NCBI RefSeq assembly: GCF_000143415.4
Contig: NW_003314354.1
Location: 590,705 to 654,704, forward strand
DNA length: 64,000 bases
Source: Selaginella moellendorffii
Taxonomy: Eukaryota > Plantae > Lycopodiophyta
Direction: 5' to 3'
Position numbers and translations under genes: made by a program
Notes under the pieces: generated by a model
What the model saw: only the letters and a program-made list of their open reading frames with translations
What the model was told of the DNA's origin: nothing
The model's database searches: none
In this document: positions 40,650-52,899 of the stretch, piece after piece
Layout: every line of letters starts with the position of its first letter
Numbering within the stretch: position 1 is the stretch's first letter

Positions 40650-41630
40650 TTTTTAGTTGCAATATGCAAAGAGAGAATTATAAATTCCATAAGCATTAAA
40701 TCTTCCTAGCTATATGTAGGAAGAAATGGTGTTATGTATGTGAATACTTTATATGCAGTCGTATAAGCCTACAAAGCATTTAGAATTTTCTCATTCTAAT
40801 CTTTGTTATTGTCCTTTATAATTGTTTTCAAGATGTTTTAAGCACTTTATTAGTAGATTTAGCTTGGCTATTCCCTTGTAGGTAATATGGCATGAACTTT
40901 TTGTGCTTAAGAATAAATTCTTATATAGAAATTTCTATTGTTTCATTGATGAAATGGGTGCTTCTATCTATGATAATCTCCTTAAGCAAACCAAATTTTA
41001 CAATGATGTTTTTGTAGAGGAATTTGGCAATGTTGGTAGCTAAAGCCTGTTTCATAGGTATAACTTCTACTTATTTAGTATCATAATTAGTGGCGACTTA
41101 AATGTATTTGTTCTTTTTACTACTTATCACTATAGGTCCCACAAAATCCAATCCATATTTATGAAATGCTTCATATGAGTAGGTAGGATTTAGTGTTCTT
41201 TAGGCGGTAGTTTATACCTTTGGCAAATGTCATAATTTTTATAGAAAATTGCTATATTTTTCCAAAGTATTATAAACTCTTGAATTTGGACTTCCCGGGA
41301 GGTCATTCAACCCAGTACTATTCAAACCCAAGGACGCTTAACCCCAAATATCCCAAGACCCTTAACCGATTGAAAAAGGAGGTGCACTCTTATTCATGGG
41401 CACTTTCCCTTTATATTTGAACCTTATGGATCGTTTTTCAAGTTGTTCCCTTTGGTTGCTTACAAGTATAGACCACCATAGCCTTGCTTGTAAAACTTTT
41501 TTAGCAGTGATTTTGTCTGCAAAATGGCCTTTTGATGGGCTTGAATGAGCTTCCCTTAGGATTTCATTTATTTCTTCTTGCCTATTAACACATTTTCTTA
41601 GCGTTCCATTGATGTCTAATTTATATAAAT
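40650..41630 (-). mobile_element. Degenerate Athila/Tat-type Gypsy integrase, interrupted by a Cassandra-like solo LTR
   Basis: ILREAHSSPSKGHFADKITAKKVLQARLWW..CQR and FHKYGLDFVGP..KYI*VATNY.TK*VE. Confidence 0.75.
41271..41464 (-). mobile_element. Cassandra-like (5S rRNA-bearing TRIM) solo LTR, 194 bp
   Basis: Minus-strand termini TGTAAGC...TTTATA; AGTAT target-site duplication (41266-70 and 41465-69); 5S internal-promoter-like core at 41288-41342. Confidence 0.85.
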
Positions 41631-41639
41631 GCTCCCCCC

Positions 41640-43153
41640 TATAAGTGACTAATTTTTTTATTTTACTTTAGTCACTTATCCATACCTCCGACCACTTGGA
41701 GGAGTCTCATTCACAACCTCTATAAGTCCAATTCAGGACTTGGGGCTTGCTAGCCCTGAGAATGGCTTCCATGCCACTCCACCTTTGCACTTGGCCCAAG
41801 TGCTCCACATGTCTGATCCCATGATTGACACCCCAAGGTACCATCGATGTATCAGCCTGTTACACTAAGGCCATCCCCCTTCACCTTGGTCATACCAGTG
41901 GTCTAACACCACCTGCATCACAATCCTGTCTCTCAAAGACTAGGCCATCCATTCATGAGTGATCATCCCAGATCCACTCCTTAGCATCCCTAGGATGCTC
42001 GTAGGCATGGGGAATAGCATTCCCCAATATCCCTTTTCCGGTCCCCACCAAGTCCCTTTCTGTCCATGGCCGTGTTCGCCAACATTACCATTGAATCAAG
42101 GCCCACAGGCCCAACCACTAAGTCCCACGGTCCTATGGGACTTCCTCACCACACAACTGTATCCTCGGTCACTACACTAGAGGACTACTCCTCTTCCTTT
42201 CCACAGTCTGGGCCTTTGGGATAACATTTCGGAACACCGTAGCCTTACACGAGCCTCATGGGTACTCTCCCCACCTTCCACCTTTGGGTGCTCTAGCCAT
42301 GGGCTTAGAGCGAGGTTCTGTTGAGCCACGCCAGGTATCTAAGTAGGTAGTGCCACCCACACTTGGATTGGGAGCATCGACCATTTGATCTCCCGGGGGA
42401 ACTAGAGCCGGCTCTTGAACAGTTCACCAAGCTACCCCATTTGTCAGTCCGTATTCACTCTAATCTTGGACTTCCTAGTGGTCGACTCATCACCCAACAC
42501 TGGGTATGGCCTTCCTGGGCCAAACTACCCTTTCCTGGCCAAACTGGCTCCACTAGGCTCCAACCCCCATACTCTCCTTACTATACTTTTGGAACCCCCT
42601 GCAGTCCCCCCCCTGGGGATGATCGCTTTGGGCTTTCACCCAACTGCCTATATTAGTATTCGGACTCGGACTCAGTCTCGGTATTGGTCTCAGTTCCATC
42701 TCAGATCAATCTCGGACTCCATCTCGGACTCCATCTTGGGTCCACCTCGGACTCCATCTCAGGTCCATCTTGAACTCCATCTCAAACTCCATCTTAAGTC
42801 CATCTTGGACTCCATCTCAGGTCCATCTCGGATCCATCTCGGACTCCATCTTGAACTCCTTCTCGGCTCCATCTTGGACTCCATCTCGGGTCCATCTTAG
42901 ATTCATCTCGGACTCCTTCTCGGACACTTCCACGTGTCATGTGTTGGTTCTTTTTGGGTCTCTTTTTGGAGCCTCTCTTATTGCTCGCTTTATGCTCGTT
43001 CTTCGAGCACTTTGTTGGGAGTTCCACTCTTGCTCTCAACCTTTCAAGTTGGAGGTTTTGGTCCAAACGTGTTACACTCGTTTGGCTTTCGCTTCGGCCA
43101 CTACCATGTGGCACCCTTCTAGCTCTACTTTGGGGTTTAGGGATTTTGTGTCT
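41640..43153 (-). repeat. Older, diverged LTR of the 47959 family
   Basis: Reverse complement of the 47959-49897 LTR with a shorter repeat array. Termini eroded; no TSD found. Confidence 0.88.
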
Positions 43154-43199
43154 GTCTATAAAGAAATGCTATATTCTTTATATATTTGAAAATAATTTT

Positions 43200-43410
43200 A
43201 CAAGAAAATTAAATATTCTATTTTGGAGCTAAAGACACTAAAATCATTTATGAAAAATTTCATGAAATCAGTGATATATTCTTTGAAAGTATTCGTAACA
43301 ACTCTTTAAAATATAAAAGGAACATTGCATAAGCTAAAAGGTATTTCGCAATAGGTATAACCTCCCCATAGGCTTATAAAAGCCATTTTGTGTTGATCTT
43401 TAATAATTAC
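43200..43410 (-). mobile_element. Degenerate Gypsy reverse-transcriptase fragment (Athila-like)
   Basis: KMAFISLWG.YTYCEIPFSLCNVPFIF*R...FMKFFINDFSVF, an eroded form of KTAF...MPFGLCNAPATFQR...FxDDFSVF. Confidence 0.7.
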
Positions 43411-43421
43411 TTTCACTTGGT

Positions 43422-43806
43422 TGTAAGCAACTAAAGAGAACAATTTGAGAGATGGTCCATAGGGTTTAAATATAAAGGGAAAGGGCCTATGAATAAGAGT
43501 GCACCCTGTTTTCCAATCGGTTAAGGGTCTTAGGATAGTTAAGATTAAGCGTCATTGGGCTTAAATAATATTGGGCTGAGTGACCTTTTGGGAAGTTAAA
43601 ATTTAGGAGCTTACATTTAGTATTAGAGCGATCTTGAGTGCGACTTTGTTGGTTGACTTAAAGGAATCACATCACATGTTGATTAACATCTAGCAAATCC
43701 AATTTGCTCCAACTAGGCTTAATCTGAGGGGTAGGGTGTCAAGAGAGCGGGGCTCTTAGGAGAGCTGCGGCTTTTATCTTCCCTTCACGAGGGTGTGAAT
43801 TTGTAA
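43422..43806 (+). mobile_element. Cassandra-like TRIM: 5' LTR, PBS, short internal region, truncated 3' LTR
   Basis: LTR 43422-43615 TGTAAGC...GCTTACA (194 bp) with 5S-like core at 43544-43598. Eroded PBS TAGTATTAGAGC, ~185 bp internal region, purine-rich GAGGGTGTGAAT, then TGTAA. Confidence 0.78.
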
Positions 43807-43812
43807 AGAAGC

Positions 43813-45210
43813 TATAAGCCACAAATTTTTTCTTTTCAATTTGCCAATTTACCTCATCTATCCAACCAACACTGCCTTGGTTTCAGCTAAGTTCCCTCGC
43901 CAAGGTTCCCACCTATTGTACTACCTCCTACTTGGTTCTACTTGGTTTCAGCTACTCACTGCATGAGCAACAAAGTGTTAACCATCCATTCACAAATTCC
44001 CAAATCTCTCATAATCCCCCTCCCCGGGTTAAACTAGACTTAAGGTTCGGCTACACTTCCCACAGGCACAAGCAACCAAGCACACCAAGCCTCTAGGTTT
44101 TTAACATCCCTTAGTACAACAAGACTTGATCATGGGACCCTTCCAAATCCCAAGCCTTGGGTGCAACACTTGCTTCGGGACGCAGAGGGGAAACACTGTG
44201 GTCTAACGGCCAGATATGGGTACCTCTACTCCCCCCGACTTCCATCCCGAAGGGAAGGCCCAAATCCCTAGGAAGGGCGAGGACTAATGAGCCGCAAGAT
44301 ACTCAAGTGGGGCACCACTCCATATGAGCCGAGAGCATTGTAGTCGGTTTCCCTTCCAGGAGTCGGAGCTACTCTTGAGCACTTCCTTGGGTGGCCCCTT
44401 CGGCACCACGTGAGTCCATGCTCACTCCCACCCAAGGCCCCTTGGCCCTAGTCTCAACATCAACTCAGTTTGGAAGCACTACTAAAAAGTACCTTCAAGA
44501 CTAGTTCCTGGACTTCACTATCCCTACTATACTTTTGGAACCCCTTGCAGCCCCCCTCGGGAGATACACGCTTTGGGCTTTCACCTCATGACCTATATTA
44601 GTATTCAGACTTGGTCTCAGACTCAATCTTAGACTCAGTCTTGGACTCGACTTCAGACTCGGTCTCGGACCCGATCTCGGATCTCAGACTCGGTCTCGGA
44701 CCTAATCTCGGATCTCGGACGCAGTCTCGAAATCGGTCTCAGACTTGGTTTTGAACTTGGTCTTGGAGTCGGTCTCAAACTCAATCTCAAACTCGATCTT
44801 GAACTCTGTCTTAAAGTTGGTATCAAACTTGATCTTGGACTCGATCTCATCCTATAGAAGAAGTTCGATGCCCACATCGAATGCCTCTTATTAATCCTAT
44901 GACTTGTTGACCATGCTGGGCATCCCCCCACTTAGTGGTATGCCTAAGTTAGCCTCCTTGGCCAAGAGCCCATGACAATAGAATATAAGTGTCCCTATAC
45001 CCCTCCCCTCACCATGCCTTAGTATGGGGTTCGGACTTGAACCCAACCTTGCTTTACTAGAGGGTTGCTCGAACCCAACCTCCGTAGAATATATCTACGG
45101 ATTCGACATCCTCGTGGGGAGTCGGGCATAATTCCCTACACCTGGTCGACTTAGCTAACCCATGCTAATTAGCTTACCTTTGGCACACCTTTAGGTCCTA
45201 ACATATGACA
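43813..45210 (-). repeat. 3' LTR of the adjacent chromovirus-type element
   Basis: Starts TGTCA (minus strand) just downstream of the chromodomain and ends ...TTTGTGGCTTATA. Carries a GACTCG/GTCTCG hexamer array at about 44600-44850. Confidence 0.65.
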
Positions 45211-45289
45211 TTGCTCAATTTCTCAAAATAGATTTTTTAATTAAATTTTGCATAAGTACATAGAGTTTTACTTTGCAAAAATTCTTCCA

Positions 45290-47545
45290 TTAGATCCCAC
45301 ACATTCGCTAGGTTCTCCTCTAGTTCCCATATTGATTTGTAGTATAGAAATCCTTTCCACTTCACATAAAACTCCTTCACTTTGCGTCCTTGTTGCTTGC
45401 TCTTGCACACATTAAGGATGGCCTCAATTTCGTATTCCTCTTCCCCTTGGATAACCTTAGGTAAAGGTCTTACTTAGTCCTTACGAAGCGGATCCTCAAA
45501 GCATGGCTTGAGTAAGTTCACATGGAACACAAGGTGCATCTTCCCCATCTCTCGAGAAAGTCAGAGGCAGTAAGCCACCTTACCAATTCGTGCCTCAATC
45601 TTGTAAGGCCCTGCGAACCTGCTTAAGGAACTCAAGATCAATTAATTTCCAGGAATACATGCATTTTTACCTTTGGATCAACTTTCGGTTGATCCCACTT
45701 GGTAGCCTTAGGTTCTTGGTGTTCAGCCACACCTTCTCCCATGTTGGAACTCTACATCCAGGCGCTTCTAGTTTGCATACTTGGTTTGCCTTTGTTGAGC
45801 CTGTTTGAAGGAATCCCTCACTAGATTCCAAATGTTGAGTCGTTCCACCGTGAATGCCTCCACTGCAAGTAACTCCAATACTCGAGTGTGGTGAGTTGTT
45901 ATAGCACATTTCCATAAGTCCCAAATGACTTACCCAATCAGTCTAGCCTTCGGAGATATAGCATTGCAAATAATCCTCCAACTGCCTATTCACCCTTTAT
46001 GTTTGCCCGTTTATCAAAAAGTGTTAATACCATCAAACTTGACTTAATACCCAATACCTGTCTATGAGTGATAGGCTATGTTGAATTTCAATTTGGTACA
46101 ATACTGTTTTAAGAGAGTTCTCTAGAACCTATTGGTGAAGATCTTATCTTTATCTAAGATAATCTTTTTTGGCCTTCCCCGCACTCGAACCACTTGTTCA
46201 AAGAATAGCTTCACCACACCTTTTGCATCCACTTCCGTTGTGGTGGGTATGAAATATGCCATCTTTGAAAATTGGTCCACCACCACAAATATTGCATCAA
46301 ACCCCTCACTTGGGGGGGAGTCGTGTGATGAAGTCCATCATAAGACATTTCCATGAATAATCTGAAATTGGGATGCTTTATAACAAGGCCCCACTTGCTT
46401 TAGTCACGGCTTTGACCTATTGATATGTTGGATATGTCTTTACATAGTCTTGGACGTCCTTAGCTATATCTAGCCAATGATAGTTTCTCTTGAGTAAGCT
46501 CATCATCTTGTGGACTCCACCGTGTCCCGCAAGAAGTCCGTCATGACACTCTTCTAAAGCTACATTCCTTAGTTCCCCTTCTAAAATATACACCCTCTTT
46601 TGTTTATAATAAATGAGTCTATTGCATTTTGCATAATTTGTTTTCTCTTCCGTTGGCAGCTCACCTCTCTAGTGAGCTTCTCACACCTTTTGGTTCCTCA
46701 GCAACACTTCTTGTGTTAGACCATTGTTTTTATATGTTGTCTGCACATCGTCCCAAAAGGTTGTTGTTGCGCTAGATATCACCAACTTCAAGCTCGCTTT
46801 TCGACTTAGAGCATTGCCATGATGTTGCTCTTCCCAGGTTTATAGAGAATCTCGCAATCAAACTTGGTCAAAGCATTGGCCGACCGACCTTGTTTCCCTT
46901 TCAAGTCGGGCTATGGCAAGAAGTGTTTCATTGCCACATTATCTATGTAAACTTTGAAATATCTCCCAAGGTAGTGTTGCCACTTTTGAGCGTCTTGACC
47001 ACTACAAACAATTCCTTCTTATGGGCAGGCCACTTTCGTTAAGCCTTGTTCAACTTCTTTAAAAAGAAAGCTACTGGATGGTTGTCTTGCTTCAAAACTG
47101 CACTCAATGTAAAGTCTGAAGTGTCTGTTTCTACCTTGAAGTCTTTACCAAAGTCTAGTAACGCCAACACGGGAGTCTTCCTCAACTTCCCTTTAAGGTG
47201 AACAAATGCCGCCTCGCATTTTGCTGTCCAAACCATCTTCCCTTTTCCCATTTAGTCTATTAAGGGCAGGGCTACTCTCGAATAGTGTTTGATAAACTTT
47301 TGGTAGTAGTTGCATAGCCCCAAAAATGCCCTCAACTTGTGTACATTCAATGGTCACTCCCATTTCTGAATTTCTTGGACCTTCTCAAGGTCCACCTTAA
47401 ACCCGTCCTTGCCCACCACATGCTCGAGAAACTTTACCTCTTGTTGAGCAAAGTCACATTTGCTCTCTTTAGCATACAACTTGTGTTCCTTTAGTTTCTC
47501 AAACACCTTCGTCAAATGTTTGGTATTTTGACGCATCTTCACGGT
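45290..47545 (-). mobile_element. Chromovirus (Ty3/Gypsy) pol remnant: RT end, RNase H, integrase, chromodomain
   Basis: HKLYAKESKCDF; ETDTSDFTLSAVLKQ; CHDGLLAGHGG; FVVVDQFSKMAYFIP; FAGPYKI..GKVAY; VFHVNLLKP; chromodomain EYEIEAIL...VKWKG...WE.EENL. Many stops. Confidence 0.92.
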
Positions 47546-47958
47546 GATGGTATTTTTAAATATGCAAATGCTTCTGACATGACAATTATTACTGATGTTA
47601 TTCATGACGGCAAAAGATAGTCTCTTGAACATCTATTCCAGATGGTTGCCGAGAAATTTACTGGGATAATTATGTATTCCCTTTATATACAAAAATGTCT
47701 TATTTATCTATTCATAAACAGATCAAAGGCTGGTTTGAAATTGATAATCTACATCCTGTAAATCTTGAAACCACTTGTTGTTTTTGCAATAATTTAGTAA
47801 TAAAAAGGATTTCAAGAGTTGAAGCAGAATATGAATCTTGCAAATACAAAGGCCATGTGTAATAACAAATTTCTCTCGAAATTACATAGTGCAAAAAGTT
47901 ATCAAGATATCATAATTCCTTTATACCTTATTGATCAATTATATCCACAAGTATCATC

Positions 47959-48761
47959 TGTGAGACACAAAATCCCTAGGCCCCAAAGTGGAGCCGGAAG
48001 GGCGCCACATGGTAGTGGCCGAAGCGAGAGCCAAACGAGCGTAACACGTTTGGACCAAAAGCTCCGACTTGAAAAGTCAAGAGCGGGAGTGGAACTCCCA
48101 ACGAAGTGCTCGAGGAACGAGCACGAAGCGGGCAAAAGGCGAGGCTCCAAAAAGGGACCCAAAAGGACCAACACATGACACATGGGAGTGTCCGAGATGG
48201 ACTCGAGTTGGAGTCCGAAGTGGAGTCCGAGATGGACCAGAGTTGGAGTCCGAAGTGGAGTCCGAGATGGACCCGAGTTGGAGTCCGAAGTGGAGTCCGA
48301 GATGGACCCGAGTTGGAGTCCGAAGTGGAGTCCGAGATGGACCCGAGATGGAGTCCGAGATGGAGTCCGAAGTGGAGTCCGAGGTGGACCCGAGATGGAC
48401 CCAAGTTGGAGTTCGAAGTGGAGTCCGAGATGGACCCGAGATGGAGTCCGAGATGGAGTCCGAAGTGGAGTCTGAGGTGGACCCGAGATGGACCCGAGTT
48501 GGAGTCCGAAGTGGAGTCCGAGATGGACCTGAGATGGAGTCCGAGATGGAGTCTGAGATGGAGTCCGAGGTGGACCCGAGATGGACCCGAAATGGAGTCC
48601 GAGATGGAGTCCGAGATGGACCCGAGATGGACCCGAGATGGAGTCCGAGATGGAGTCCGAGATGGAGTCCGAGATGGAGTCCGAGATGGAGTCCAAGATG
48701 GAGTCCGAGATCGAGTCCGAAGTTGAGACCGAGACCGGGACCGAGACCGAGACCGAGACCA

Positions 48762-48794
<33 letters not shown>

Positions 48795-49897
48795 TCGGGA
48801 CCGAGACCGAGGCTGAGGCCGAGACCAAGCCCGAGCCCGAGTCCGAGTCCGAGTCCGAGTCCGAGTCCGAGTCCGAGTCCGAGTCCGAGTCCGGAGCATG
48901 AGAGGGTGAAAGCCCAAAGCGTTCGTCTCCCAGACCCTGGGGGGTTTGGTGAGCTCCAAAAGTATAGTAGGGGGAGGACTGCAGTGGAGCCAGTTTGGCC
49001 AGGAAAGGCCAGTTTGGCCCAGGAAGGCCGGACCCAGTGTTGGGTGATGAGCTGCCCACTGGGAAGTCCAAGACTAGAGTGAACACAGACCGACAAGCGG
49101 GGTAGCTTGGTGAAGTGTTCAAGAGCCGGCTCTAGTTCCCCCGGGAGATCGACTGGCCGATGCTCCCAGTCCAAGTGTGGGTGGCACTACCTACTTGGAT
49201 ACCTGTCGTGGCTCAATGGAACCTCGCTCTAAGCCGATGGCTAGAGCACCTAAAGACGAAAGGCGGGGAGAGTACCCATGAGGCTTGCATAAGGCCACGG
49301 TGTTCCGAAATGGTGTCCCAAAGTCCCAGACTGTGGAAAGGAAGAGGGATAGCCCTCCGGTGTGGTGACCAAGGACACAGTCACACAGTGAGGAAGTCCT
49401 AGAGGATGGTGGGACTTAGTGGTCGGGCCGGTGGGCCTCGATCCAGTGGCAGTGTTGGCGAACACAGCCAAGGACAGAAAGGGACCTGGTGGGGACCGGA
49501 ACGGAGATATTGGGGAAGGCTATTCCCCATGTCTGTAGGCATCCTAAGGATGTTAAGGAGTGGATCTGGGATGACCACTCATGGATGGATGACCCAGACT
49601 TTGAGAGACGGGATTGGAATGTAGGTGGTGTTGGACCACCAGTGTGACCAAGGTAAATGGGCATGGCCTTAGCGTAACGGGCCGATATGTCGGTGGTACC
49701 TTCGGGTGTCGATCATGGGATCGGACACGTGGAGCACTTGGACCAAGTGCAAATGTTGAGTGGCATGGATGCCATTCTCGGGGCTAGCAAGTCCCAAGTC
49801 CTGGATTGGACTGATGGAGGTTGTGAATGAGACTCCTCCAAGTGGTCGGAGGTGTGGTTAAGTGACTAAAGTAGAATGGAAAATTTAGTCGCTTACA
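47959..49897 (+). repeat. 5' LTR (1939 bp) with internal 6/12/36-bp tandem array
   Basis: TGTGAGACAC...GCTTACA; array at about 48187-48893. Confidence 0.95.
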
Positions 49898-51049
49898 ACT
49901 TGGTATCGGAGCTGTTCCTTAGTCCGACTTTTATTGGTGCTCAAGTATATCACCACTAGTGTTGGCATCGGAAGGTCCGAGGAGTGGGCTTATCCTTGAG
50001 GAGTAGCAAGTCGGGAAGACATGGCTCTCCATTACAGTTCATGTGTGAACTTGTAGACGAGGTGGTGGATAGAAAAGGGCCAATAATGGAACGACTTTGG
50101 GATCTTGGGAACAGTATATGGTTTTCCTCAAAGAGTTGAGGATGTGGTCCAGATGAGCGTTTGACTTAGCAAACTGGCTAATGTAGTTGTGGTAAACAAC
50201 TACAGTTGGGATCACGGGAAAGATAAAGACTCCAAAGCAATAAAGGAGTCACAAGATTTTCCTCATATAGTTGAGGTTGGTGCTCATGAATGTGAGACCA
50301 AAAGTAATGACCGTGGGAGGTCAAATACGGAAGAGGACTCAAGTCCTTGAAAAGGTAGCCGGGGCTACCTCTAATAAATGCTGGAACAACCCAAGGAGTT
50401 GGGGGTGTATTAAGTGGATGAGTTGGTGTTCTCATCACATGGACAAGTAGTCCTAAGGGGCAAAGGTTGCCCCCAGAGAACAAAATCAAGTGTCGGAGTA
50501 ACACTTGTGAAAATAGTCCTTTTGAGTAGGACAGGAATGCAAGAAGTGTATTCCAATGAGCTAGTGCCTCACAAGTAGGACCTTATGGGTCTGTGGATTA
50601 ACCAAGTCCAAAACTGCTGGATGACTCAAGTAGAGTCAACGGATGGTCCTAAAAGGACTGATGGAAGCATTTGGACTGAGGTGTGTTGTACCCCACAAAG
50701 GATGGGGGGGGATCATAGGATCCAAGGATGAGAACAGAGGGTATCTCGTCGATGGCAAAATGTGCCATGCTAAAGTTATGGGAAAGGTGTTCCCAGAAGA
50801 AAACAACTTTGACATAAAGTTGTGTGTGACCTCTATGGTGCAGTGCTAACGGATGGTTGGCATAAGAAAGAGCGGTGTTGGTCTTGGCAAAGAATTAGAC
50901 TCGAAGGGGAAATGTCATACAGGTAGGCTCGTGGAGCCGATGGTGTGGAGACACCAAATGTGCCAAGGTGTGATACCTTGAGGCTATGTTGGTGGGTTCA
51001 TGAGAACCCCTTGCCAAAGGAATCCCAATGGAAATGGGAATGGCATAGC

Positions 51050-51759
51050 TGTGAGACACAAAATCCCTAGGCCCCAAAGTAGAGCCGGAAAGGGCGCCAC
51101 GTGGTAGTGGCCGAAGCGAGAGCCAAACGAGCGTAACACGTTTGGACCAAAAGCTCCGACTTGAAAAGTCAAGAGCGGGAGTGGAACTCCCAACGAAGTG
51201 CTCGAGGAACGAGCACGAAGCGAGCAAAAGGCGAGGCTCCAAAAAGGGACCCAAAAGGACCAACACATGACAAGTGGGAGTGTCCGAGATGGACTCGAGT
51301 TGGAGTCCGAAGTGGAGTCCGAGATGGACCCGAGTTGGAGTTCGAAGTGGAGTCCGAGATGGACCCGAGTTGGAGTCCGAAGTGGAGTCCGAGATGGACC
51401 CGAGTTGGAGTCCGAAGTGGAGTCCGAAGTGGAGTCCGAGATGGACCCGAGTTGGAGTCCGAAGTGGAGTCCGAGATGGACCCGAGCTGGAGTCCGAGAT
51501 GGAGTCCGAAGTGGAGTCCGAGGTGGACCCAAGATGGACCCGAGTTGGAGTCCGAAGTGGAGTCCGAGATGGACCCGATATGGAGTTCGAGATGGAGTCC
51601 GAGATGGAGTCCGAGATGGACCCGAGATGGACCCAAGATGGAGTCCGAGATGGACCCGAGATGGAGTCCGAGATGGAGTCCGAGATGGACCCGAGATGGA
51701 CCCAAGATGGAGTCCGAGATGGAGTCCGAAGTCGAGACCGAGACCGGGACCGAGACTGG

Positions 51760-51791
<32 letters not shown>

Positions 51792-52899
51792 TCGGGACCG
51801 AGACCGAGACCGAGGCCGAGGCCGAGACCGAGCCCGAGCCCAAGTCCGAGTCCAAATCCGAGTCCGAGTCCGAGTCCGAGTCCGAGTCAGAGTCCGGAGC
51901 CTGAGAGGGTGAAAGCCCAAAGCGTTCGTCTCCCAGACCCTGGGGGGTTTGGTGAGCTCCAAAAGTATAGTAGGGGGAGGACTGTAGTGGAGCCAGTTTG
52001 GCCAGGAAAGGCCAGTTTGGCCCAGGAAGGCCGGACCCAGTGTTGGGTGATGAGCTGCCCACTGGGAAGTCCAAGACTAGAGTGAACACGGACCGACAAG
52101 TGGGGTAGCTTGGTGAAGTGTTCAAGAGCCGGCTCTAGTTCCCCCGGGAGATCGACTGGCCGATGCTCCCAGTCCAAGTGTGGGTGGCACTACCTACTTG
52201 GATACCTGGTGTGGCTCAACGGGACCCGCTCTAAGCCCATGGCTAGAGCACCCAAGGGCAGAAGGCGAGGAGAGTACCCAGGTGGCTCGCGTAAGGCCAC
52301 GGTGTTCCGAAATGTTGTCCCAAAGGCCCAGACTGTGGAAAGGAAGAGGAGCAGTCCTCTGGGGTAGTGACCAAGGACACAGTCGTGTGGTGAGGAAGTC
52401 CCAGAGGACCGTGGGACTTAGTGGTCGGGCCTGTGGGTCTCGATCCAGTGGCAGTGTTGGCAAACACGGCCAGGGGCAGAAAGGGACTTAGTGGGGACTG
52501 ACAGAGGGATATTGGGGAAGGCTATTCCCCTTGTCGGTGGGCATCCTAAGGATGCTAAGGAGTGGATCTGAGATGACCACTCACGGATGGTTTGCCTAGT
52601 CTTGGAGAGCCAAGACAGTGATGCAAGTGGTATTGGACTACCAGTGTGGCAAAGGTGATTGGGCATGGCCTTAGCATAACAGGCTGCTATGTCGGTGGTA
52701 CCTTTGAGTGTCGGTCATGGGATCGGACACGTGGAGCACTTGGACCAAGTGCAAATGTTGAGTGGCATGGATGCCATTCTCGGGGCTAGCAAGTCCCAAG
52801 TCCTGGATTGGACTTATGGAGGTTGTGAATGAGACTCCTCCAAGTGGTCAGAGGTGTGGTTAAGTGACTAAAGTAAAATGGAAAATTTAGTCGCTTACA
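51050..52899 (+). mobile_element. Solo LTR of a sister subfamily nested in the internal region
   Basis: TG...CA, 1850 bp, own ATAGC TSD (51045-49 and 52900-04), no PBS downstream. Confidence 0.92.

Noticed and set aside
41288-41342. Functional 5S rRNA gene
   Set aside because: Only about 55 nt of the internal control region, embedded in a TSD-flanked LTR; the 5' part of 5S is missing.
48187-48893. Regular repeat array as a possible CRISPR
   Set aside because: No unique spacers, no cas genes, eukaryotic LTR context.
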